A stretch of DNA of 64,000 bases from Octopus vulgaris (GCA_951406725.2 OX597833.1:10478001-10542000), one strand, 5' to 3'. Shown: positions 28,336 through 42,880, numbered from the stretch's first letter. The notes: generated by a model not told the origin, from the letters alone. Made by a program: numbers and translations.

Positions 28336-28718
28336 ATGCTATGGTTAATCTTACTATGTCCATGATAGTCATAAGCAATTGTAGCAGGCTCTACTATTTT
28401 CGTTGCTGGCAAGTTCCACCACTTCAACTAACACCACTACTACTACTACTACTACTGTAAGCAATATAGGCAGTTTCTGTTGAGTGTAGTAGTAGTAGTA
28501 GTAGTAGTAGTAGTGTTTCCTTCCTGTCAGAAGTTTGATATTTGAGAGGCGAAAGATTTAAAATATTTTTAAAATATCAAAATGAATTTCACATTAAGCC
28601 TATTTAAACTGTTTCTTGTCACTGCTGCAGAATACACACACACACACACATACACGCACACACATACACACACACACATACACACACACATACACGCACA
28701 CACATACACATACACACA

Positions 28719-28776
<58 letters not shown>

Positions 28777-28974
28777 AGTGCAGGCATGGTTGTATGGTAA
28801 AAAAGCTTGCTTCCCAACAACGTAGCTCCGGGTTCAGTCCCACTGCAAGGCACCTTCTAATATAGCCTCGGGCCAACCAAAACCTTGTGAGTGGATTTGG
28901 TAGACAGAAACTGAAAGAAGCCCGTCTTATATATGAAGCTTGCGTCCGAACAATAATATATATACATACATACG

Positions 28975-29006
<32 letters not shown>

Positions 29007-30600
29007 CATATATATATATATAAATACATATATATATATATCATCATTATCATCGTTTAGCGTCTGCTTTCCATGCTAGCATGGGTTGGACGGTTCAACT
29101 GGGGTCTGGGAAGCCAGAAGGCTGCATCAGGCCCAGTCTGATCTGGCAATGTTTCTACAGCTTGATGCCCTTCCTAATGCCAACCACTCCGTGAATGTAG
29201 TGGGTGCTTTTTACGTGCCACCGGCACAGGTGCCAGACTAGGCTGGCAAACGGCCACAATCGGATGGTGCTTTTTACGTGCCACTAGCACGGGGCCCCGA
29301 CGAGGCTGGCAAATGGCCACAATCGGATGGTGCTTTTTACATGCCACTAGCATGGGGGCCCGACGAGGCTGGCAAATGGCCACAATCGGATGGTGCTTTT
29401 TACGTGCCACCAGCACGATTTACGTGACACATACACACACACATATATATATAAACATTTATGTGTGTTATTAATAACACACATATGGGCTGTGTGATAA
29501 GTAGCTTACCAACCACATGGTTCCAGGTTCAGTCCCACTGTGTGGCACCTTGGGCAAGTGTCTTCTTCTATATCTTGGACTGAGCAAAACTTTGTGAGTG
29601 GATTTGATAGACAGAAACTGAAAGAAGCCCATCTTATATATGAAGCTTGCTTCCCAACCATATAGTTCCGGGTTCAGTCCCACTGCAAGGCACCTTGGGC
29701 ATGTGTCTTCTACTATAGCCTTGGGCCGACCAAAGTTTTGTGGGTGGATTTGGTAGACGGAAACTGAAAGAGACCTGTTGTGTATATTCTTATATTCTCT
29801 TACTTGTTTCAGTCATTTGACTGTGGCCATGTTGGAGCACCGGCTTTAGTCAAAGAAATCGACCCCAGGAGTTATTCTTTGAAAGCCTAATACTTATTCT
29901 ATCAACCTCTATTGCTGGACCATCAAAACTATGGCAATGATCACGCTCGGATGGTGCTCTCACCCACCTACTAGCACGGGGCACAAGTGCCAGTAAGGCA
30001 AAAGTGGCAACGATCACACTTGAACGGTGCCTTTTATGTGTCACTGGCCAGAAAAATACAGGTATTGCAGAAATATGATGGATTACCCTTTTGGTCCTAA
30101 AAGTAGGACCATGGGTACTAATGGGTTAATAAGGCATTAACATCATCATCGTTTAACGTCTGCTTTCCATGCTGGTATGGGTTGGACAATTTGACTGAGG
30201 TCTGGCGAACCAGATCGCCGCACCAGGCTTCAATCTTAATCTAGCAGAATTTCTACAGCTGGATGCCCTTCCTAATGCCAACCACTCCGTGAGTGTAGTG
30301 GGTGCTTTTACACATGACACCGGCACAGGTGCCAGTAAGGCGACACTGGTAACGAGCACACTCGAATGGTGCCTTTTAAATGCCACTGGCGTGGAAGCCA
30401 GTTAGCCAATCTGTCAATGATCACCCTCGGATGGTGCTCTTTGCAGCTCGCTAGCATGGATGCCAGTCATAATGTACATAATTCTTCATCTCTTACATAT
30501 AGAACTGTATCAGATAAAGTTGTATAAAAAAGATTTTTGGTAATAAATCAAATAAAGAAATTTGGGCACTAATTGGTTAATTACATCAATATTATTGTTT

Positions 30601-31188
30601 AAGTCGGCGAGCTGGCAGAAACGTTAGCACGCTGGGCGAAATGCTTAACGTTATTTCGTCTGCCGCTATGTTCTGAGTTCACATTCCACCGAGGTCGACT
30701 TTGCCTTTCATCCTTTCGGGGTCGATAAATTAAGTACCAGTTACGCACTGGGGTCGATATAATCGACTTAATCCGTTTGTCTGTCCTTGTTTGTCCTCTC
30801 TGTGTTTAGCCCCTTGTGGGTAGTAAAGAAATAGATATTTCGTCTGCCGCTACGTTCTGAGTTCAAATTCCGCCGAGGGTTTAAACGAACAAAGATTAAA
30901 AAAATTTTTTTTCAAAATGGAAAATAAGTGGGTTGAGTTCTCATTGTAAATCAAAATATACTTTTTCTTTTTAAGAAAAAAGTTATCTTGAAATAAAACC
31001 CCCGAGGGTCAGGATGTAGCGATTAGGATTGTGGTTTAAGGAGAGGGTCGACTTTGCCTTTCATCCTTTCGGTGTCAATTAAATAAGTACCAGTTACGCA
31101 CTGGGGTCGATATAATCGACTTAATCCGTTTGTCTGTCCTTGTTTGTCCTCCCTGTGTTTAGCCCCTTGTGGGTAGAAAAGAAATAGG
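30601..31188 (+). mobile_element. Chimeric SINE B insertion containing ~170 bp of foreign sequence
   Basis: TSD tattattgtt on both sides; internal 30876-31044 matches 15566-15738. Confidence 0.85.
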
Positions 31189-32012
31189 TATTATTGTTCC
31201 ATGATTGCAATCTCTGCAGCCACTAAAATAAGCTAAGAGGGAACTACTGAGTGGTTGCACGACCTGCTAAAAATTGCAGCCAAATCTTTCTCAAACTACA
31301 TATTTTATATGGCATTTATAAAAGAAAGGACCTCGCTGAATAATTAATCTTTTACTTGTTTAGCAGACTGTGGCCATGCTGGAGCACCACTTTGATAGGT
31401 TTAGTTGAACAAATTGGCACTTGGCCCTAATTTTATCACTCTCTTTTGCCTAACTGCTAGGTTACAGGGATGGAAACAAACCAACACACATATACATGAT
31501 GGGCTTCCATGCAGTTTCTGTCTACTGAATATACTTAGAAGGCATTGGTCAGTCTGGAGCTATACTAGAAGAGACTTGCTCTTGGTGCCACACAATGGGA
31601 TTGAACCCCGGAACCACATGCTTACCAAGCAAGCTTCTTAACCACACAGCCATGCCTGTACCCGAAGACTAGAAAACAAGAATAAAAATTTTAAGATGTG
31701 ATGGTCATGGTTGGAAAGCCTTTCATCATAGGTCTGCTCATTGAGGACCATCCAGAAGTTAGCAGCAGCAGCAAGTTTTCACTCTGCAAAGCACCCCCAC
31801 CAACCACCATTTCTACCCTCACTACAATTAAGGGTGGCTGAATAAGCAAGCTTATTACTCCAGGTATGTGTCACAACCGAAGCCAATGACTCAACCTTTG
31901 ATGACACAATAGAGCTAAAAATAATTTGTTTATTATCATAATTATCTCATCAACTCTAATGAAGAGGTGTTTAGGATGGTTCACACCTTATTCTTGTGTT
32001 GATTAATAAACC

Positions 32013-32050
<38 letters not shown>

Positions 32051-32054
<4 letters not shown>

Positions 32055-32230
32055 CAAAATAAGCAACAAGGATATCCAAGGTAGTGTGGTACAATCATTT
32101 CATACTCCTTCATTTTATTAAACACTGTAAGTATTACATCAAGCTGATGTAATACAGTGTTTAATAAAATGAAGTAGCATGAAACGATTGTACTACTCTA
32201 CCTTGGATATCCTTGTTACTTATTTTGATT
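32051..32230. repeat. ~90-bp-arm inverted repeat adjoining (TA)n (PLE-like)
   Basis: aatcaaaataagcaacaaggatatccaaggtag...tattacatca versus tgatgtaatac...ctaccttggatatccttgttacttattttgatt. Confidence 0.7.
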
Positions 32231-32331
32231 GTAATCACCCCATTTTGAATTATATGGATAATACCATACCAAATTCTGGTGCCTTTAACTTAAGTACCAT
32301 ATTCATCTGAATCTAAATTTTGCTGTATCTT

Positions 32332-32371
<40 letters not shown>

Positions 32372-33399
32372 CACAGGGGTGGCTGTGTGGTAAGTAGCTT
32401 GCTAACCAACCACATGATTCCGGGTTCAGTCCTACTGCATGGCATCTTGGGCAAGTGTCTTCTGCTATAGCCTCGGGCCGACCAATGCCTTGTGAGTGGA
32501 TTTGGTAGACGGAAACTGAAAGAAGCCTGTCGTATATATGTATATATATATATATGTATGTGTGTCTGTGTTTGTCCCCCTAGCATTGCTTGACAACCGA
32601 TGCTGGTGTGTTTAGGTCCCCGTCATTTAGCGGTTCGGCAAAAGAGACCGATAGAATAAGTACTGGGCTTGCAAAGAATAAGTCCCGGGGTCGATTTGCT
32701 CGACTAAAGGCGGTGCTCCAGCATGGCCGCAGTCAAATGACTGAAACTAGTAAAAGTAAAGTAAGTATATATCTTGTTATTCTAGCATAGAACAACCAAA
32801 ATGAAAAGGGACAACAACCACCAGTAGTCTGTTTTATTAGCTACAATGGGGATAGAGCTGTCTATAACAACAGTTAAAGGAATCCCCTAATTGAACGGTG
32901 GGTGGAATGAGGAATCAAGGGTTTGTTATTAGCAGCAACAATGTAGTACAAGTGAATCTAGATATCTAAGGGTCAGTGACATATGGGGCTATTACTCTTT
33001 ACTCTTTTACTTGTTTCAGTCATTTGACTGCGGCCATGCTGGAGCACCGCCTTTACTCGAACAACTCGACCCCGGCACTTATTCTTTTGTAAGTCCAGTA
33101 CTTATTCTATCGGTCTCTTTTGCCGAACCGCTAAGTGACGGGGACGTAAACACACCAGCATCAGTTGTCAAGCAATGTTAGGGGGACAAACACAGACATA
33201 CATACATATATATATATACATATATACGACAGGCTTCTTTCAGTTTCCGTCTACCAAATCCACTCACAAGGCATTGGTTGGCCCGAGGCTATAGTAGAAG
33301 ACACTTGCCCAAGGTGCCACGCAGTGGGACTGAACCCGGAACCATGTGGTTGGTAGACAAGCTACTTACCACACAGCCACTCCTGTGCCTATAATAATT

Positions 33400-33815
33400 T
33401 TTATTTCTTTATTGGCTACAGGGGGGCTAAACATAAAGGGGACAAACAAGGACAGACAAAGAGATTAAGTCAATTACATTGACCCCAGTGCTTAACTGGT
33501 CCTTATTTAATCGACCCTGAAAGGATGAAAGGCAAAGTCAGCCTGGGTGGAATTTGAACTCAGAACGTAATGATAGACGAAATACCTATTTCTTTATTAC
33601 CTACAAGGGGCTAAACACAGAGAGGACAAACAAGGACAGACAAACGGATTAAGTTGATTATATCAACCCCAGTGCGTAACTGGTACTTAATTTATCGACC
33701 CTGAAAGGATGAAAGGCAAAGTCGACCTCGGCGGAATTTGAACTCAGAACGTAAAGACAGATGAAATACCGCTAAGCATTTCGCCCTGCGTGCTAACGTT
33801 TCTGCCAGCTCACCA
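33400..33815 (-). mobile_element. SINE B dimer
   Basis: Two monomers plus head on the minus strand. Confidence 0.85.
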
Positions 33816-34268
33816 CCCTATGATGCTATAATAATAATAATAATAATAATAAATGCCCTGATGCAGTACCAGACAGTGGCTCTCATGGCGTCTGATCTTA
33901 ACTGATTGCAAGTGTTATCATGTACATTGTTTTGTCTTGGTATAAAAGATGGGCCACAGCAAATATTCTGCTCAATACCACAGATTTGCTTGTCAGTTGT
34001 TTGACCTTAACCAGTTGAGCATGTCCCTTAGTGGCTGACAATATGTGCATCTCTGATCACGAGCGGAAGTAGTGGGGGAGCATCATAGCCATGTGTTGAG
34101 AGGGATTCTTTGGGGTTTGAATAATTCACCTTTGGAAACATAGGTGTTTTGTGCAGCATCCTTAAACAACCGTTATTCAGGACACCTTTTGATTCGTTCA
34201 CCTAAAAATTCAAGGTGGTGCTCCAGCATGGCCACAGTCTGACTGAAACAAGTAAAAGAAAAAGAGAA

Positions 34269-34312
<44 letters not shown>

Positions 34313-35327
34313 TATATATATAAATATATATATCTTTTATTCTTTTACTTGTTTCAAGCATTTGACTGTGGCCATGCTGGAGCAACACCTTCAGTCAAAC
34401 AAATCGACCCCAGGGCTTATTTTTTGTATGCCTAATACTTATTCTATCAGCCTCTATTGCCGGACCACTAAGTTATGGGGACGTAAACACACCAACGTCG
34501 GTTGTCAAGTGATGGTGGGGGAACAAACGCAGACACACGAACGTATACATATATAAATGTGTGTGTGTATATGATGGGCTTCTTTCAGTTTCCATCTACC
34601 AAATCCACTGACAAGTCTTTGGTCAGCCCAAGGCTATTGTAGAAGACACTTGCCTAAGGTTCCATGCAGTGGGACTGAACCTGCAACCATGTGGTTGGTT
34701 GTTACAAACCAAACTTCCTAATTTCATAAAAGGGTAAAGGCATAAAGACCCCTTTTGGTCATGAATGACCATGGGATTGCACCTAGGAAGTTTCCCTCTG
34801 GGGCCAAATTCTCGGCAGGGTAGTTTATGGAAGACCAGCAGTTGCCCATGGATACAGGCCCTTCTTCTCCACACCATTATTTGTACATAGGGTACAGGCA
34901 TAAAGACCCCTTTTGGTCATGAATGACCATGGGATTGCACCTAGGAAGTTACCCTCTGAGGGTACAAGTCTTGGCAAGGTTGTATGTGGAAGATGAGCAG
35001 TCATCCATGCATACCAGCCTTCCCTCTCCACACCACTGATGTTGTCCAAGGGAAAGGCAAAGGGACTCCGATACAGCTTGGCACCTGTGACATCGCAGCT
35101 CATTTCTACAGCTGAGTGAACAGGAGCAACATGAAATAAAGTGTCTTGCTCAAGAACACAACGCACAGCCCAGTCCGGGAATCAAACTCACTACCTCATG
35201 ATTGTGAGCCCAACACTCTAACCACTAACCATCTGTACATATATGTATGCATGTGTGTGTGTGTATTACACGTGCATATTATGTGTGTGTGTGTTGTGTG
35301 TATATGTATAAGTGTGTGCACAGATAC

Positions 35328-36058
35328 ACATCATCATCATCATTGTTCGACCGTGGTAGAGACAATGGAATTAACTATGTTACGCCAGACTTCACGGTCC
35401 ATCATAGCCTTACGGAGGTCCTGTTGCTGGATGCCTGTATCCCTGGAGATTATATCAGGGTAGGAGAGTGTGCGCCCTCTGGTATTGCGAGTAGATGGCT
35501 TCCAGAGGAGAAGAGTAGAAATTACCACTTTTTCAGCTCTACAACAATGTCCAGCAAACTGGACTCTTCTACCTTTCACAAGAGATGATGATGATTATCA
35601 TCATCATCGTTTAACGTCCGTTTTCCATGCTAGCATGGGTTGGACGGTTCAACAGGGGTCTGGGAAGCCAGAAGGCTGCGCCAGGCCCGGTCTGATCTGG
35701 CAGTGTTTCTACAGCTGGATGCCCTTCCTAACGCCAACCACTCCAAGAGTGTAGTGGGTGCTTTTTATGTGCCACCTGCACAGGTGCCAGACGAGGCTGG
35801 CAAACGGCCACGATTGGTTGGTGCTTTTCACATGCCACCAGCACGGGGGCCAGGCGAGGCTGGCATTGGTCACGATCGGATGGTGCTTTTTACGTGCCGG
35901 TAATTTCCCATATATTTGTACTTTGGTTGGATGACGCTTCCACGTGAGATTTTGAGCTCTCATAAGGAGGCGAGTGTAAGTTCCATCCAACCGCCTCTAA
36001 AGCTTCTTTGATAACGTCCAGGTTTCTGAACCATATAGTAGAATTGGTTCGACTGATA
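35328..36058 (-). mobile_element. 5'-truncated RTE-type LINE (second family) interrupted by a family-C copy (~35597-35900)
   Basis: VEPILLYGSETWTLSKKL*RRLDGTYTRLLMRAQNLTWKRHPTKVQIYGKL, then after the insert RRVQFAGHCCRAEK...LLLWKP...MMDREVWRNIV...* and a (GAT)n tail. Confidence 0.88.
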
Positions 36059-36072
36059 GACATATGCATATA

Positions 36073-36318
36073 TGGGGTGTTCAGAAAGTCTCTCCGCAGT
36101 AGGTATTTAATGGTTTTCGGGCGATTCTTGTACACTGATCCTTTACTTGCTCCCTAGATAACAAAAAAAAAAAATGTCTGGTGGTGTTAAATCAGGTGAT
36201 CTTGGTGGCCAAAGTCCCTTCGAAATAATCCGTTCACCGAAAATCTTTTGAAGTAGAGTGCCATGGTTATGCGCGGGATGAATAAAATTCACTGCGGAGA
36301 GACTATTTGAACACCCTG
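36073..36318. mobile_element. Internally deleted Tc1/mariner element
   Basis: ~28-bp TIRs (gggtgttca.a.agtctctccgcagt), TA on both sides; minus-strand transposase relic FGERIISKGLWPPRSPDLTPPD. Confidence 0.88.
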
Positions 36319-36743
36319 TATATCTGCGTATGTCTTTACACACACACACACACACGCGCACGACACAAATTTTTATGTTTTTATTCCCTTTGTATTACAT
36401 ATTGTTTTTTATGTTTTGGCTTCTTTGTTATCATGTGACTTCATTTAATTCTACTGACCTTGACAATGTTCTTGTTGTTCTTGTTTGTTTGAGCTTTGCC
36501 AACAGCCAACTGTCAAAATTAAGCTGGGTGAGGAGGAGGATGTGGGTGGGTGGGTGGGTGGTTGAAAGGTTTCTTTTTGTTTGTTTGTAGTTTTTATTAT
36601 TGTTGTTTTTTTTTTCTTTTTGTTTGTTTGTATATTTTTGTGACTTTAGAATTATTCCATTCACTTATTTTAGACTTTACTGCTCTTGTTGACTCCTCGC
36701 TGAAATATATGTGTGTGTGTGTGTGTGTTTGTGTGTGTGTGTT

Positions 36744-36774
<31 letters not shown>

Positions 36775-37109
36775 CACTGGTATCTTATCAATCTCTTTTT
36801 GGTAAACTGCAATGTTATACCATGGATGTAAACAAACCATTGCACATCTAGTGATGAGTAACAAACACAAAGATACATACCATATATGTATATACACACA
36901 AACACACACACACACATATATATATATACATATATACGACAGGCTTCTTTCAGTTTCCGTCTACCAAATCCACTCACAAAGCTTCGGTCGGCCCAGGGCC
37001 ATAGCAGAAGACACTTGCCCAAGATGCCACGCAGTGGGACTGAACCCGGAACCATGTGGTTGGTTAGCAAGCTACTTACCACACAGCCACTCCTATATAT
37101 ATATATATA

Positions 37110-37328
37110 GTGGAGGTGCAATGGCTCAATGGTTAGGGCAGTGGACTCACAGTTGCAGGATCGCGGTTTCAATTCCCAGACTGGGCATTGTTTATTGAGC
37201 GAAAACACCTAAATCTCCATGAGGCTCCCGCTCTATTTCAAAGGGACCAGCCTTGTTACACTCTGTGTCACGCTGAATTTCTCCAAAAACTACATTAAGG
37301 ATACATGTGTCTTTGGAGTACTCAGCCT
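37110..37328 (+). mobile_element. tRNA-derived SINE, a fourth family
   Basis: A box tggctcaatgg and B box ggtttcaattcc followed by a distinct body. Confidence 0.6.
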
Positions 37329-37533
37329 CGTCTGGCACCTGTGCCAGTGGTACATAAAAAGCACCCACTACACTCACGGAGTGGTTGGCATTAGGAAGGG
37401 CATCCAGCTGTAGAAACACTGCTAGACCAGACTGGAGCCTGGTGCAGCCTCCTGGCTTCCCAGACCCCGGTCAAACCGTCCAACCCGTGCTAGCACGGAA
37501 AATGGACGTTAAATGTTGATGATGATGATGATG

Positions 37534-37575
<42 letters not shown>

Positions 37576-37850
37576 ATGTACACACGCATACATACATGGT
37601 ACAAACAGGATTCTTGTGGCCCTTTTCAAACCTAGCCAGGCTCATGGGCCCGGTTTCCCGGTTCCTGTGGCGTATGTGTTCCCTCACCCACTAGCTGGAT
37701 GGGATGCTAGTCCATCGCAGCGTTACTCAAGAAACAGGAAGAGAGTGAGAGAAAGTTGTGGTGAAAGAGTACAACAGGGATGTAAACACACCTACACCTA
37801 TTGCCAAGCTTGTTTCGGTCATTAGTACACAGGCAGAAAGACACACCACA

Positions 37851-37899
<49 letters not shown>

Positions 37900-39705
37900 T
37901 ACTCTTTTACTCTTTTAGTTGTTTCAGTCATTTGACTGCGGCCATGCTGGAGCACCACCTTTAATCGAGCAACTCAACCCCGGGACTTATTCTTTGTAAG
38001 CCCAGTACTTATTCTATCGGTCTCTTTTGCCGAACTGCTAAGTGACGGGGACATAAACACACCAGCATCGGTTGTCAAGCAATGCTAGGGGGACAAACAC
38101 AGACACACAAACACACACACATACAAATATATATATATATATATATACATATGACAGGCTTCTTTCAGCTTCCGTCTACCAAATCCACTCACAAGGCATT
38201 GGTCAGCCCGAGGCTATAGTAGAAGACACTTGCCCAAGGTGTTACATACTGAGACTGAACATTATACACACAGTACTCTTATGCGCGTGAGAAGACCCGG
38301 CAGGACAAGTGAGGCCATAACCCGTGGCCTCTACCTGGGACGTAGTCAATCCACCTGTGCATACCTTCCTGCTTGGGACACATAACTCTACTTCTGAAAG
38401 CCTGTTGAGGCAAGGGAAAATCAAAATCGAATCGATGAACATCAATGGAATTTGTAGTTGTGATCCCAGTGCTGGTGGCACGTAAGTGAACCATCCGAAC
38501 GTGGCCGTAGCCAGCGCCGCATTGACTGGCCTACGTGCCAGTGGCACATAACAAACACCATCTGATCGTGGCCGTGCCAGCCTCGCCTGGCCTCTGTGCC
38601 GGTGGCACGTAAAAAGCACCATCCGATCGTGGCCATTCGCCAGCCTCGTCTGGCACCTGTGTCGGTGGCACGTAAAAAGCACCCACTACACTCACGGAGT
38701 GTTTGGCGTTAGGAAGGGCATCCAGCTGTAGAAACATTGCCAGATCAGACTGGGCCTGGTGCAGCCTTCTGGCTTCCCAGACCCCAATTGAACCGTCCAA
38801 CCCATGCTAGCATGGAAAACGGACTTTAAATGATGATGATGATGATGAATTAAACATGCAGAGAAATTAAGACCTCAAGGACCTTTTTTTGCAGCTTGGG
38901 TTATCAACGGAGCCAAACTTTTTTTTTTTTTTGTGGTGTCGAAAGGGGCTGCAAAACCCCGTCCCAAATTCAAAGTTTACATATTCACAAATCCATCTTT
39001 ACGATACATATATGCTCGTATGTGTGGCCGTATCAATGAATGTATATATATACGTATATATATATATATATACGTATGTATATATATATATGTATGTGTG
39101 TATATATATTATATATGGATATATGTGTGTGTATATGTATGTATGTATTTATGTATGTATGTATATATATATGTGCATATATGTATGTATATATATATAT
39201 CTGTGTTTGCATATATATGTGTGTGTGCATATATGTATGTATATATATATATGTGTGTGTGCATATATGTATACTCTTTTACTTGTTTCAGTCATTTGAC
39301 TGTGGCCATGCTGGAGCACCGCCTTCAGTCGAGCAACTCGACCCCGGGACTTATTCTTTTGTAAGCCCAGTACTTATTCTATCGGTCTCTTTTGCCGAAC
39401 TGCTATTTTAAACACACCAGCATCGGTTGTCAAGCAATGCTAGGGGGACAAACACAGACACACAAACACACACACATACAAATATATATATACATATATA
39501 CGACGGGCTTCTTTCAGTTTCCGTCTACCAAATCCACTCACAAGGCTTTGGTCGGCCCGAGGCTATAGTAGAAGACACTTGCCCAAGGTGCCACGCAGTG
39601 GGACTGAACCCGGAACCATGTGGTTGGTAAACAAGCTACTTACCACACAGCCACTCCTGCGCCTGTATGTATATATATGTGTGTGCATATATGTATGTAT
39701 GTATA

Positions 39706-39765
<60 letters not shown>

Positions 39766-40292
39766 CACGTGTATGTGTATTGTGATGATGTTGGTTGTAG
39801 TGACGCTGGTGATGATGGATTTGCTGGTTATGATATTTGCACACACACACACACACTCTCTTCTACTTTCATAAAAACGGCAGAGCAACTCCGACAAGAA
39901 GTGTGTCACTCTAAAAAAAAGCACATTTATAAATAGGTTATCTAAACAAACAAACACAAATCGCTCCCACCCACCCAACACATTCTCTATTGTCTCCATC
40001 GTGTTTCCATATTGTCACAATTATTGTCGTATACTAAAAGGCAAACGATGCCATGATTTCCCAGCTAAACTGCCTCTGGCTTCAATTGTTTAATGCTCGT
40101 TGTTAAGAAGATGGAGTGAATGTCCACGTGTTTTTGTGTCTATTAAATTTATTTCCGTGTCTTGTCTCTCGTTTTCTGAGTTGTGATGGAGTTTGGCATT
40201 CGTTTTGACGTTGAGTACTACTTTGCCATAATTGTGTATCCAAACATGTATGTATGTATACATGCATATTATATGTATGTGTAATATATATG

Positions 40293-40481
<189 letters not shown>

Positions 40482-40506
40482 GTGTATATATATATATATA
40501 TATACA

Positions 40507-40538
<32 letters not shown>

Positions 40539-40539
40539 C

Positions 40540-40576
<37 letters not shown>

Positions 40577-40674
40577 ATAAAGGCTCCCAAATAAGGAAGC
40601 AAGTGCTAGAAACACAAAGAGGGATAAATTCATCAAAGGAATGAAAATCAAAAACATTTACCATTATAGATGTA

Positions 40675-40752
40675 TCCCAGACTGATCAGTTTCTACCTCT
40701 TTCTAGCAAAACATACAGAATATGTTTGCCCAGGCAAGGTTCGTCAGTGGGT
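40675..40752 (-). ncRNA. Type-I hammerhead ribozyme in an element (~40573-40848) inside (TA)n
   Basis: Minus strand: ccca-CTGACGA-acct...(gcaaacata/tatgttttgc hairpin)...aggta-GAAA-ctgatcag-TC-tggg. Confidence 0.75.
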
Positions 40753-40854
40753 AGCCTTCTAAATCCTAGATGCACAGAACGTTAAAGCACGTGTAGCCCT
40801 AACAGTTTGTAAATCTTAACTTTCCAAACCTCCGCTTTTTGATTATGTTATATA

Positions 40855-40886
<32 letters not shown>

Positions 40887-40976
40887 CATGTGTATTTATG
40901 TATATGAGTATTTATATGTATGTATATATATATATATGTATGTACATGTATTTTTATGTGTATGTATGTGTGTATG

Positions 40977-41011
<35 letters not shown>

Positions 41012-41264
41012 GTATGCACATGTATTTTTATGTGTATGTATGTGTGTGTATATATATATATGTATGTATGTACATGTGTATTTATGTACATGTGTATTTA
41101 TATGTATGTATGTGTGTATGTATATGTGTGTGTGTATATATGTATGTATGTACATGTGTTTTTATATGTATGTATATGTGTGTGTATGTATGTACATATG
41201 TTTTTATGTGTATGTGTGTATATATGTGTATATATGTGGATGTGTATATGTGTGTATATATATA

Positions 41265-41304
<40 letters not shown>

Positions 41305-41624
41305 AATATATATTATATACATGTGTGTGTATATACGTATGTATATGTATGTGTATATATATGTATGTGTGTATATGTATGTGTGTGCATATATGTATGT
41401 ATGTATATATATATATGTGTGTGTTTGCATATATGTATGTGTATATATATATATGTGTGTGTGTGTATGTGTATTGTGATGATGTTGGTTGTAGTGATGG
41501 TGGTGATGATGGATTTGCTGGTTATGATATTTTCAATGGTGTCAAAGTGAACATGTTGATGTTATCTTTTTCATTTTTATGCTCATCCTCCTCAAAATTG
41601 CTGACCTTGTGTCTAAATCAGAAA

Positions 41625-41660
<36 letters not shown>

Positions 41661-41881
41661 GAAGGCTGCAAGCTGACAGAATCATTAGCACTCTAGGTAA
41701 AATGCTTAGTGTCATTTTGTCCGTCTGCACGATCCGAGTTCAAATTCCACTATGGTCGACTTTGCCGTTCTTCCTCTTTGGATGGGGGTAGATAAATTAA
41801 GTACCAGTTATGTACTGGGATCAATATAATCAACTATCCCCCCTCCCCACAAAAACCTCAGGCCTTGTGCCTATAGTAGAA

Positions 41882-41918
<37 letters not shown>

Positions 41919-41919
<1 letters not shown>

Positions 41920-42323
41920 TAGCAGTATTGCCCGGCGTTGCTCGGGTTTGTTTCAATCCTTTAGAATTGGAATTTTTGAAAAGTAAAAATTTTGCATTAT
42001 GTAGCTTGTTATTCTCTTTAAGTGAACATTTTTCTGGTTGAAATACACCGAAAAATGGCGACACAGCAGTAAAAAAATCGTAAAAAATAGGGATTTTCAT
42101 AGAAAAAGCACCTTTTTGATGTAAGTAATTTTTGGTGTTAACATGGTCCGATTTGAATTTTTTCTTCTATGGAATGAAGAGCAAGCCTTCTTCTATCAGA
42201 CTCTCAATTTTGGTCAACTTGCACTGCAGGGTCTTGGAGGAGATAGTGTTAGTTTGAAGGCTACCAAACCTGCCATACACAAACAACTTCAGCTTTATAT
42301 ATATATAATAAGAGATAGAGAGA
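41919..42323 (-). mobile_element. Non-autonomous Helitron
   Basis: a|ctagcagtattgcccggcgttgctcggg ... tatataataagagatagagaga|t. Confidence 0.82.
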
Positions 42324-42326
42324 TTA

Positions 42327-42592
42327 TTGAAGATGTTGCACAATATGTGTGTAGTTCCAAGTAAAGCCGATTTTTGTGATGCCCCAAGATTTTAAGGAAT
42401 TTCTAAAGTGTCTAGATGTGTCTTCATGATGAGTGCTATTGAATCCAATGATGTAAATAACAACAAGAACAACATTTATTTGACTCTCACGGCTGTCACA
42501 TCTTGGTAATCTCAATTCTCCGGTCTTCATATTCACCAATCTTTTCTCTTTCTTTCATGATAATATTTTGATCTCCTGGCACTGCCGTTGAC
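42327..42592 (-). mobile_element. Decayed R4/Dong-like RLE LINE C-terminus
   Basis: AVPGDQNIIMKEREKIGEYEDRRIEITKM* ... QKSALLGTTHIL, with stops and frameshifts. Confidence 0.7.
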
Positions 42593-42880
42593 TATTAAGC
42601 CCTCACGGGCCGAAATGCTTAGCAGTATTTCATCTGTCTTCACATTCTGAGTTCAAATGCCGCCGGGGTCAACTTTGCCTTTCATCCTTTGAGGGGTCGA
42701 TAAATTAAGTACCAGTTACGCGCTGGGGATCGATGTAATCCACTGGTCCCTTCCCCTAAAATGTCAAGCCTTGTGCCTAGAGTAGAAAGGATTATTATTA
42801 TTATTAAAGCAATGCATGCCATCAAAATGACACTGGGGTAAAATATACGAAGCACAGTATACCCATCATGACTACCCATC

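Noticed and set aside
27196-28365. His/Thr/Pro-rich ORFs resembling mucin or His-rich proteins
   Set aside because: All frames are open because of a CAC/CAT minisatellite; no splice signals or unique coding context seen.
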